Positions 1-7,373 of a stretch of DNA of 32,000 nt are shown here, piece by piece. Location of the stretch: NCBI GenBank assembly GCA_963782885.1, contig CAWALL010000008.1, forward strand, positions 698,400-730,399. Reading direction: 5' to 3'. Under the pieces are notes generated by a model that was not told the origin of the DNA, searched no databases, and saw nothing but the letters and a program-made list of their open reading frames with translations. Both the position numbers and the translations under genes were made by a program. Every line of letters begins with the position of its first letter. The first letter of the stretch is position 1. This DNA is from an uncultured Alphaproteobacteria bacterium (lineage in GTDB: Bacteria > Pseudomonadota > Alphaproteobacteria > Geminicoccales > Geminicoccaceae).

Positions 1-138
1 GTAAGGGATCGTCTTGCGAAGCACGCGGACGGTTTCGTCAAGGAGCGTAGGCAGATCAAGGCCGGCGTGCGCAAGCCGGACGATTTCCTGACGCCGGCGC
101 GCCCGCAGCTCGCCGTTCGTGCCAACGCCGTTGGCCAT
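1..138 (-). CDS. 5' end of an unidentified CDS that runs off the window (first 46 codons)
   Basis: ATG is the complement of cat at 136-138. The frame stays open to position 1. Translation is MANGVGTNGELRARRRQEIVRLAHAGLDLPTLLDETVRVLRKTIPY, with GC-rich third positions. Too short to assign a family. Confidence 0.3.
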   Translation of the reverse strand, partial: MANGVGTNGELRARRRQEIVRLAHAGLDLPTLLDETVRVLRKTIPY

Positions 139-286
139 GGCTGGACGATGCTTGCATGTGGCCCGTAAGCCGAAAAAGGTTCACATATCGGCGGCTTCGG
201 GGCAACCCCCACATTTCTGGCATAGGCGGCCGTCGCCTGCCCTCCTAGTCTGACGGCATCGGTGATTTGACCCAGGAGCTGGGCCG

Positions 287-1255
287 ATGGACCCAACGCT
301 GCCGGCACCCTCCGCTGCGCTTTCGCTCCGTCCTCTCCGGGAGAGCGAATTGGACGATGCCGATCGGATCTTCCGTCTGGCCTTCGGCAGGTTTCTCGGC
401 CTGCCCGATCCGATGGCCTTCATGAACGGCGCCGAGCTCGTGCGCGCCCGCTGGCGAACCGACCCGGCCGCCTTCCTCGCGGCAGAGCTCGACGGAACGC
501 TCGCCGGTTCGAGTTATGCGACCAGTTGGGGCAGCGTCGGATTCTTCGGCCCGCTGACGGTCCGGCCCGAGTTGTGGGACCGTGGCATCGGGCAACGACT
601 GCTTGAGGCCGTGATGGAGCTTTTTCGCCGGTGGGGAACGCGCCATATCGGTCTGTTCACGTTCCCGCACAGCCCGAAGCATATCGCCCTATACCAGAAG
701 TTCGGATTCTGGCCGCGGAGCTTGACCGCGATCATGCGCAAACGAGTGGCGCCGGCGTCCCATGGCGCCCAGGCTTCGCTGCTTTCGGAGCTTCCGGAAG
801 ACGCGCGCCGGGACTGGATCGATGCATGCTTCGAACTCAGCGACTCGGTTCACCCCGGCCTCGACCTGCGCGCAGAGATCACAGCCGTTCTTGCGCAAGG
901 AACCGGAGACACCCTGTTGCTGCGAGACGGTTCTCGCTTGCAGGCGTTCGCAGTCTGTCATTGCGGGTCGGGCTCGGAGGCCGAAAGCGGCACCTGCTAC
1001 GTGAAATTCGGTGTCTGCCGGCACGGCCAAGAGGCAGATGTCATCTTCGGACGACTTCTCGACGGCTGCCAACGCTTTGCCGGTGGACGCTCCGTGGAAT
1101 GGTTGATCGCCGGCGTCAACACGGCACGGCACGCCGCCTATCGCACCATGCTCGCCAGCGGCTTCAAGCCGCAGATACTTGGCGTCGCGATGCATCAACC
1201 GAACGAGCCCGGCTACAATCGCGAGGAGCTATTCCTGATCGACGACTGGCGCTAG
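287..1255 (+). CDS. GNAT family N-acetyltransferase (two-lobed, ~322 aa)
   Basis: ORF-track ORF. It carries an acetyl-CoA-binding-type motif, VRPELWDRGIGQRLLEAVMELFRRWG, followed by YQKFGF. Codon usage is consistent with the host. Confidence 0.85.
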   Translation: MDPTLPAPSAALSLRPLRESELDDADRIFRLAFGRFLGLPDPMAFMNGAELVRARWRTDPAAFLAAELDGTLAGSSYATSWGSVGFFGPLTVRPELWDRGIGQRLLEAVMELFRRWGTRHIGLFTFPHSPKHIALYQKFGFWPRSLTAIMRKRVAPASHGAQASLLSELPEDARRDWIDACFELSDSVHPGLDLRAEITAVLAQGTGDTLLLRDGSRLQAFAVCHCGSGSEAESGTCYVKFGVCRHGQEADVIFGRLLDGCQRFAGGRSVEWLIAGVNTARHAAYRTMLASGFKPQILGVAMHQPNEPGYNREELFLIDDWR

Positions 1256-1401
1256 AGCGCGGTCTCCGATCGAGCGCGTGGCCCAATACCGATCTCCTCC
1301 GGAAGCGCAGTCGACGCGTGCGGTCACGGCGCGGTCCCAGTCCATTCGGATGGCCGCGCCGAACGCCTGCTCGGAATCCGCTGCGGCCTGACGCTGGATC
1401 G

Positions 1402-1422
1402 CTAACCCGGATTTCTCAAACC
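1402..1422. repeat. Left target-site duplication (CTAA) plus left terminal inverted repeat of the IS1380-family element
   Basis: Read directly: gCTAAc-ccggatttctcaaacc. The 16-bp core is the exact reverse complement of 3032-3047. Confidence 0.8.
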
Positions 1423-3048
1423 AGAGCGTGCATCGGGGCTCTGGATCGGCGATAACTCTTCTGTGACAAAGGCTTAACGCGACGCAGAGGAGCTCCCCGA
1501 TGCCGACAGAGTGTAACCGCGACCTGTTCGGATTTGAAGCCGTCGAAGGACGCCAGGTGGTGGCCGCGTTCGACGGCGGGCAGGTGACCTCGGACGCCGG
1601 GGCGCTGCTGCTCGGGGCCGTGAACCGGGCGATCGGTCTGATGGGGCGTCTGGCCCGCTGTTTCGCCGACGGACGCATGCAGGAACTGGTCGAGCACGGT
1701 GTCGAGACCATGCTGATGCAGCGCATCTGCGGCATCGCGCTGGGCTACGAGGACCTGGTCGACCACGACGAGCTGCGCCATGATCCGGTGCTGGCGACCC
1801 TGGCCGGCAAGCTCGAGGCGCGGCGCAAGGACTGCGCGCCGCTGGCCGGCAAGAGCACCTTGAACCGGTTCGAGCATGCGCCGGCCGCGGCGCTCGACCG
1901 CTATCACAGGATCGGCCACGACCCGCGGGCGATCGAACAGCTGTTCGTCGCTCTGTTCCTGGAGGCGCATGCGAGGCCGCCCGAGCGGATCATCCTCGAT
2001 CTCGATGCCACGGACGACCCGCTCCACGGCCACCAGGAAGGGCGCTTCTTCCATGGCTACTACGACTGCCACTGCTATCTGCCGCTGTACGTCTTCTGCG
2101 GCCGCCACCTGCTGGCCGCCAAGCTCAGGCGCTCGAACATCGACGCGTCGGCCGGAGCCAAGGACGAGATCACACGCATCGTCGCCCAGATTCGTGAGAG
2201 CTGGCCTAGGGTCGAGATCCTGCTGCGGGCGGACTTTGGCTTCGCCCGCGACGAGTTGATGAGCTGGTGTGAAGACAACGGCGTCGACTACGTCTTCGGC
2301 CTCGCCCGCAACCCTCGCCTGCTGGCCGAGATCGACGGAGCCCTCGCGGCCGCCGAGGCCGAGCATGCCGCAACCGGCCAGCCGGCTCGGCAATTCGACG
2401 ACTTCACCTATGCCACCCGGGACAGCTGGAGCTGCGAACGGCGGGTCGTGGCCAAGGCCGAGCATCTGGCCAAGGGCTCCAACCCGCGCTTCGTGGTCAC
2501 CTCGCTGCCGCCGTCGGTGATCGACGGCCAAAGCCTCTACGAGCAGATCTACTGTGCCCGCGGCGAGATGGAAAACCGGATCAAGGAGCAGCAGCTTGAT
2601 CTGTTCGCCGATCGTACGTCAGCAGCGACGATACGGGCCAATCAGCTCAGGCTTTGGTTCGCCTCGTTCGCCTACGTGCTGCTGGAGGCGCTGCGCCGAA
2701 TTGGCCTCCGCCATAGCCAGTTCGCCAACGCCACCTGCGGCACGATCCGCCTGAAGCTCTTGAAGATCGGCGCCCTGGTCCGGGTCAGCGTGCGTCGGAT
2801 CAAGGTCGCCATGGCCTCGGCTTGCCCCTACCAGGACGAGTACCGCCTCGCCTACCTGTACGTGAAGCGCGCCGCCTTCTGAACGTTCTTGCATGCCTGA
2901 TAGGCGCCCCACCCGCGGGGCGTTCGCTTGCGTTCGTCCGAGAATTCGCTGTCAGGCGACCTCCACGGACGCTCACCTCAACCCGAGCCAACTTCTGCGC
3001 CGACCCCGCCACCAATCAACCCGTGCTATGGGGTTTGAGAAATCCGGA
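1406..3048 (+). mobile_element. IS1380-family insertion sequence, apparently intact (~1.64 kb)
   Basis: A single 460-aa DDE transposase ORF is bounded by a perfect 16-bp terminal inverted repeat: ccggatttctcaaacc at 1407-1422 and ggtttgagaaatccgg at 3032-3047. CTAA lies directly outside both ends (1402-1405 and 3049-3052). The size and 4-bp duplication fit IS1380-family behaviour. Confidence 0.9.
1500..2882 (+). CDS. IS1380 family transposase (DDE)
   Basis: 460-aa ORF. The N-terminus FGFEAVEGRQVVAAFDGGQVTSDAGALLL and the blocks LDLDATDDPLHGHQEGRFFHGYY and YCARGEMENRIKE are typical of IS1380/ISAzo-type transposases. Confidence 0.93.
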   Translation: MPTECNRDLFGFEAVEGRQVVAAFDGGQVTSDAGALLLGAVNRAIGLMGRLARCFADGRMQELVEHGVETMLMQRICGIALGYEDLVDHDELRHDPVLATLAGKLEARRKDCAPLAGKSTLNRFEHAPAAALDRYHRIGHDPRAIEQLFVALFLEAHARPPERIILDLDATDDPLHGHQEGRFFHGYYDCHCYLPLYVFCGRHLLAAKLRRSNIDASAGAKDEITRIVAQIRESWPRVEILLRADFGFARDELMSWCEDNGVDYVFGLARNPRLLAEIDGALAAAEAEHAATGQPARQFDDFTYATRDSWSCERRVVAKAEHLAKGSNPRFVVTSLPPSVIDGQSLYEQIYCARGEMENRIKEQQLDLFADRTSAATIRANQLRLWFASFAYVLLEALRRIGLRHSQFANATCGTIRLKLLKIGALVRVSVRRIKVAMASACPYQDEYRLAYLYVKRAAF

Positions 3049-3052
3049 CTAA
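3032..3052. repeat. Right terminal inverted repeat plus right target-site duplication (CTAA) of the IS1380-family element
   Basis: Read directly: ggtttgagaaatccgg-a-CTAAg. Confidence 0.8.
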
Positions 3053-3355
3053 GGTCCATGGCCCGGCTCCACCAGCCGGGGCAAAGGCGACCTTCGATGT
3101 CGGCGTGGGGCGCTGATTGGCTCCGGCGGCCGCAATCGGTGCGCAGGACGGGCCGATCAACTCGGCGCCAGCGGTCGGGGCACACGGTCAGCTGCCGCGG
3201 ATCCGAGCGAAGGGTCGTCCGGTCCTGGTCTCGGCCGCGGTGGACTCCAGCCGGTAGCCCTCAACGTCCGGCTTGTGGCGGGAAGGACCGTCAGGCCGCC
3301 TGGGCGATCGCGTAGCGGGGGCCTGAGCCGGCCGCCGCGGCGTCCAGGGAGCCAA

Positions 3356-3511
3356 TCAGCCGATCAGCAGGCCGACGATGATGCCGATCGCGAAGAACAG
3401 CCAGTGCTCCGGCGACCGGGTCCGCAGATAGGTCAAAAGGCTGCCGACGAAGCTGCTGGCCTGCTGGCCGAGATCGCCGTCGGCGCCGCTGCGTCGGTGG
3501 TAGGGGTCCAT
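3356..3511 (-). CDS. Small hypothetical membrane protein (51 aa, C-terminal TM helix)
   Basis: Internal ATG at 3511 of the 76-aa track ORF. It is preceded by a strong SD (AGGAGG, 7-nt spacer). Translation is MDPYHRRSGADGDLGQQASSFVGSLLTYLRTRSPEHWLFFAIGIIVGLLIG, with high GC3. I recognise no family. Confidence 0.45.
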   Translation of the reverse strand: MDPYHRRSGADGDLGQQASSFVGSLLTYLRTRSPEHWLFFAIGIIVGLLIG

Positions 3512-3598
3512 GGCGCGCCCTCCTCGATCGATCGCCCGTGCGCTCTCGAAGCCGCGCCTTTGTAGCAGCTGAGCGGCAGGCCGCAATCCGGTCGCCGA

Positions 3599-4237
3599 TC
3601 AGGCCAGCCGGCCGAGCACCTCCTCGGCCAGCGCGGCGATCTCGAGGCCGGCCGGGCTCCTGGGCGCGCTCTCGGCGACGCCTTGCCCGGCCGCGATCGA
3701 GGCCGCGAACGCCTGCCGATTGCCCAGGCAGGCGGCGGCGAGCGGCCAGCGCTGCTGCTCGATCTCGGCCCGGATCGCCTCGGCCGCGAGCCCGCGCGCC
3801 GGCACCCGGTTGAGCACCAGCAGCGCCTCGGTCTTGGCGGCCTCGGCGAGCTCGAGCGTGGTCCTCGAGGCCCAGAGGTCGAGCGCGTTCGGCTGGCAGG
3901 GCAGCAGCGCCAGGTCGGCCGCGCGCAGGGCGCTCCGGGCGTCGGTCTCGGCGTGCGGCGGGTTGTCGATCAGCACGAGGTCGAACTCCCGGCGCAGCCG
4001 GCCGACCTCGCCGCCGAGCCGCCAGCCCGACAGCCCCTGGACCACTAGCCCGCCCTCGTCCTCGCCCAGCCGCCGCCGGCGCAGGTTGAACCAGGTGAAC
4101 AGGCTCGCCTGCGGATCGATGTCGAGCATCGCGACCCGCCTGCCCATGGTCAGCCAGGCCACGCCGAGCTGGATCGCGAGCGTGGTCTTGCCGGCGCCGC
4201 CCTTCTGCTGCGCGATGCTCACGACGGCGCCGGTCAT
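3599..4237 (-). CDS. ParA/MinD-type P-loop ATPase (orphan ParA family protein)
   Basis: Deviant Walker A, QQKGGAGKTT, lies near the N-terminus, followed by LDIDPQ and VLIDNPP. The start is set at ATG 4237 (MTGAVVSIAQ), preceded by GGGAG. The track start at 4261 is also possible. No parB-like gene is adjacent. Confidence 0.85.
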   Translation of the reverse strand: MTGAVVSIAQQKGGAGKTTLAIQLGVAWLTMGRRVAMLDIDPQASLFTWFNLRRRRLGEDEGGLVVQGLSGWRLGGEVGRLRREFDLVLIDNPPHAETDARSALRAADLALLPCQPNALDLWASRTTLELAEAAKTEALLVLNRVPARGLAAEAIRAEIEQQRWPLAAACLGNRQAFAASIAAGQGVAESAPRSPAGLEIAALAEEVLGRLA

Positions 4238-4332
4238 CGGCACAGCGCTCCCGTCACCCAACCCTCACTCGAATGGTTAGCGGCTGCGCCAAACCGGCGC
4301 AAGACGTAGCTGCACCCGGCCGGCGCGCGCCT

Positions 4333-5373
4333 TCAGCCCGGGCCGCGGCGGGCCGCCTGCAGCCGCGCCTGCACCTTTTGATCCGCGACCGCCTGCGGGG
4401 TCTGGCCGGTGCGCGCGGCGGCGCCCAGGACCTCGGCCGCGATCCCCTCGATCCGGCCGACCGCGGCGAGCACGGCGTCGGACGAATCGTCGATCCGCTC
4501 CTGATGGAAATCGATCACGCCGCCGGCATTTGCGAGGTAGTCGGGCACATACAGGATGCCGCGCTCGGCGAGCATGGCGGCGTGGCGGCGGAGTGCCAGC
4601 TGGTTGTTGGCGCCGCCGCAGACGATCCGCGCCCGAAGCCGCGGGATGGTCAGGTCGTTGAGCACCGCGCCGAGCGCGCAGGGCGCGAACAGATCGACCT
4701 CCTGGTCGTAGACCGCCTCGGGCTCGACCGCTTGCGCCCCGAGTTCCCGGACCGCCTGCGCCACACGCGCCGGGTCGAGGTCGGCGACGATCAGCTCGGC
4801 GCCGGCCTCGTGGAGATAACCCGCGAGCGGCCGGCCGACGTTGCCGAGCCCCTGGATCGCGACCCTGAGGCCCTCGAGCCGGTCGCGGCCGGTCGCCTGG
4901 CGCACCGCCGCCCGGATCGCCATCAGCACGCCATAGGCGGTGACCGCGAGCGGCGCCCGCGCCGCCGTGGTCGCGGCTGCGGTGTGAGCGGTGACCTCGC
5001 GCATGACCACGAGGTCGTCGAGCGTCGTCCCGATGTCGTCGGCCACGATGTAGCGGCCGCCCAGCGCCTCGACGGCGCGACCCATCGCCCGCAGCAGCGC
5101 CGGCGTCTTGGCGCGTCTCGGATCGCCGATGATCACCGACTTGCCGCCGCCATAGGGCAGATCGCAGATCGCGGCCTTGTAGGTCATGCCGCGCGCCAGC
5201 CGGAGCGCATCGGTCAGCGCCTCGGCGCCGCTCGGATAGGGCCACATCCGGCAGCCGCCGAACGCCGGGCCGAGCGCGGTCGAATGCAGCGCGACGATCG
5301 CCCGCAGCCCGGCCGCGGGATCGGCTGCGAACACCACCTGCTCGTGAGCATCGAAATCCGGATGGTCGAACAT
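4333..5373 (-). CDS. Glu/Leu/Phe/Val dehydrogenase family protein (leucine/valine dehydrogenase-like)
   Basis: 346-aa ORF. It has the catalytic-Lys block YGGGKSVI and the Rossmann motif VAIQGLGNVG. The N-terminus GGCRMWPY is typical of short Leu/Phe dehydrogenases. Confidence 0.9.
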   Translation of the reverse strand: MFDHPDFDAHEQVVFAADPAAGLRAIVALHSTALGPAFGGCRMWPYPSGAEALTDALRLARGMTYKAAICDLPYGGGKSVIIGDPRRAKTPALLRAMGRAVEALGGRYIVADDIGTTLDDLVVMREVTAHTAAATTAARAPLAVTAYGVLMAIRAAVRQATGRDRLEGLRVAIQGLGNVGRPLAGYLHEAGAELIVADLDPARVAQAVRELGAQAVEPEAVYDQEVDLFAPCALGAVLNDLTIPRLRARIVCGGANNQLALRRHAAMLAERGILYVPDYLANAGGVIDFHQERIDDSSDAVLAAVGRIEGIAAEVLGAAARTGQTPQAVADQKVQARLQAARRGPG

Positions 5374-5557
5374 GGCCGCGGCTCCGCCAAGGTATCTGCG
5401 CTCTCGACTGTCCGCCCCGCGCTGTCAAGAATTGGTTGCTGCCTGCGGGTCGCGGCGATCTCGACCGCACGTCCGGGACGTGCCACCATCCGCGCCGCCG
5501 GCCGATCGGTCGGGGACCGGGGGAAAAGTGCGGTTCGCACGCGAAGGAGGAAACCTC

Positions 5558-5800
5558 ATGGGCATCATCTGGACACTGATCATCGGCCTGCTCGCCGGCA
5601 TCGTCGCCAAGCTCCTGATGCCGGGGCGCGACCCCGGCGGCTTCATCATCACGATGCTGCTCGGCGTCGCGGGCGCCTTCGTCGCCACCTACCTCGGCCA
5701 GGCGGTCGGCTGGTACCAGGCCAACCAGGGCGCGGGCTTCATCGGCGCCGTGGTCGGGGCGATCATCCTCCTGGTCATCTACCGCATGGTGAAGCGCTGA
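5558..5800 (+). CDS. GlsB/YeaQ/YmgE family stress-response membrane protein (80 aa)
   Basis: ATG 5558 is preceded by AAGGAGG (5544-5550). Translation MGIIWTLIIGLLAGIVAKLLMPGRDPGGFIITMLLGVAGAFV... is the family signature. The longer track ORF (from 5372) is an artefactual extension. Confidence 0.9.
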   Translation: MGIIWTLIIGLLAGIVAKLLMPGRDPGGFIITMLLGVAGAFVATYLGQAVGWYQANQGAGFIGAVVGAIILLVIYRMVKR

Positions 5801-5810
5801 TCCGAACGCC

Positions 5811-5850
5811 CGGCGACGATGCCCGGCCGCCAGCACGGCCGGCGTCGCCG
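5811..5850 (+). terminator. GC-rich stem-loop 10 nt after the GlsB-family stop codon (possible terminator, no U-tract)
   Basis: cggcgacg(atgc)ccggccg - ccagca - cggccggcgtcgccg gives 8+7 bp of pairing with a 4-nt bulge. There is no downstream T run, so intrinsic-terminator function is uncertain. Confidence 0.3.
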
Positions 5851-6240
5851 CGGCGGCCGGGTCATGACGCGGTCCCTCCGATCTGGACCGCGGCGGTAGC
5901 CGCCATCCCGGCGCGGACTCGACCGCTGCAGGCTGACGAGCAGACCTGCTAGCCGGAGGCTTCGATCGGCTTTTTCGCGACCCTGAACGGATATGGCGAG
6001 TTCGCGGGTTTGAGCCGTCATCGACCCTCCGAGGGGGCGTACCGGAAGCTAAACCGAGCCGCGGGCGGTGGCGAATCGGAACCGGTACAAACCTGAACGT
6101 TTCTGCAGAATGTTCTGATCACATCGGCCATCCTGCTGCATAGCCGATAAGACTAACGATCGCTTTTATTGGTCTTTTGTTTACTTTTGGCCATGTATGA
6201 TACCGCTACGCTACTTTGGTGAAGAGCAGCGGAGCTGACA

Positions 6241-7371
6241 GTGCCAACTCTGCAGCCGATCGGCAGCCAGCGCGGCATCTTGGCAACTCTGCTACTGATC
6301 CTCTTGTTCTGGATCGGCGGCTGCCAGTCGCTAGGGACCCCATCAGAAGGGATGGTCGGGCCTGACACCCGGTGGACCATCTCCGGGCGGGCCGGGCCGG
6401 TCTCGCTCCGATCCCCGGGTCAATCATTTTGGCAGAGGGCGATCGCCGGAGTGAGGATCGCTCCAGGTAGCGAGATTGCGACCTTCGATGGCAGTCGCCT
6501 CGAGCTGGCGAGCGCCGGTGACGAGGTGACGGCGTCCGGCCCGAGCCGTTTCACCCTGCCCGACTCCGAACGAAACGGCGTCCGGGTCCGTCAGGACGCC
6601 GGCAGTCTTCGTTACAAAGTGCAAAGCGCACCAAAGCGGCGCTTTGAGGTCAGGACGCCGCATTTCTCGACGGTCGTTAAAGGAACATCATTTCTAGTGT
6701 CCATCGATCGAACCAGCTCGGCGGTCGCCGTAGATGAAGGCCGGGTTGTGGTAGTCGATGCCGATGGAGAACCACTCGCAGAATTGACCCCCGGACAGAT
6801 TGGCCGGATGGCTGCCGAGCCTGGCGCGACGCTTCAAGTCACCACGGTTGCCGCCCCGACATTGGAGAGTACGGAGCCGGGGGCGGGACGCGAGGCGTCG
6901 GCTCATGGCACCACGGAGTCCCCCAAAACTGCGAGCGGCACAGACACCCCCCTCGCCGCGCCGCCGAACGAACCCGGCGCGCCCGCCGCCGAGCCTTCTT
7001 TCTTCGAACGCATCGAGAGCATCGTTGACGACTTGGCCGCGCAGCTCAGCAGTGCGGGCGCTCTGACCAGCGGGGCTGCCGAACCCGATCACGAGCGCGA
7101 GCAGGCGCAGCAGAGCAACGACGGCAACCCGTTCGGTGGCAGCCGTGGCAACGAGAACAGCGCCGGCCACGGTGGCAGGGGCGGTAAAGGGGGCAAAGGC
7201 AAAGGCGGCAATGGCCAGGGCAGGGGCCAGGGCCAGGGCAAAGGCCAGGGCAACGGCAAGGGCAACGGGCATGGCCACGGACCAGGCATAGGTGCCGCCG
7301 GCGGTCGCGCCCACATGATCCTGGACCGCGACGACCGAGGATATCTTATCGCCTCCAGCGAGCGCCATTGA
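6241..7371 (+). CDS. FecR-domain lipoprotein with a Gly/Lys/Gln-rich low-complexity C-terminal region
   Basis: GTG 6241 lies 6 nt after GGAG. The lipobox is LLFWIGGC. The FecR-type beta-sandwich block is FEVRTPHFSTVVKGTSFLVS...VAVDEGRVVVVD. The C-terminal region is GGRGGKGGKGKGGNGQGRGQGQGKGQGNGKGNGHGHG. Confidence 0.8.
   Translation: MPTLQPIGSQRGILATLLLILLFWIGGCQSLGTPSEGMVGPDTRWTISGRAGPVSLRSPGQSFWQRAIAGVRIAPGSEIATFDGSRLELASAGDEVTASGPSRFTLPDSERNGVRVRQDAGSLRYKVQSAPKRRFEVRTPHFSTVVKGTSFLVSIDRTSSAVAVDEGRVVVVDADGEPLAELTPGQIGRMAAEPGATLQVTTVAAPTLESTEPGAGREASAHGTTESPKTASGTDTPLAAPPNEPGAPAAEPSFFERIESIVDDLAAQLSSAGALTSGAAEPDHEREQAQQSNDGNPFGGSRGNENSAGHGGRGGKGGKGKGGNGQGRGQGQGKGQGNGKGNGHGHGPGIGAAGGRAHMILDRDDRGYLIASSERH
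7171..7283 (+). repeat. Coding low-complexity tandem repeat (GGC-AAR/CAG/AAC periodicity) inside the FecR-like gene
   Basis: Repeated ggcaaaggc / ggccagggc / ggcaacggc units encode G-K/Q/N dipeptide repeats. The antisense strand gives a spurious PW/PL-rich ORF. Confidence 0.6.
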
Positions 7372-7373
7372 AA

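Noticed and set aside
1229-3185. Possibility that the IS1380 element interrupted a minus-strand gene (ORFs 2973..3185 and 1229..1735)
   Set aside because: After removing the IS and one CTAA, the two flanking ORFs are not in the same frame. Their translations look random.
4273-5952. Very long ORFs on both strands (559 aa on plus, 519 aa on minus) overlapping the amino-acid dehydrogenase and GlsB-family genes
   Set aside because: The translations are Arg/Pro/Gly/Ala-rich with no motifs. Stop-poor alternative frames are expected at about 70% GC. The dehydrogenase and GlsB frames carry clear family signatures.
7171-7283. Short tandem DNA repeats considered as a possible CRISPR or VNTR locus
   Set aside because: The units are 6-9 bp, lack spacers and lie in frame inside a CDS. 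This is coding low-complexity sequence, not a CRISPR array.
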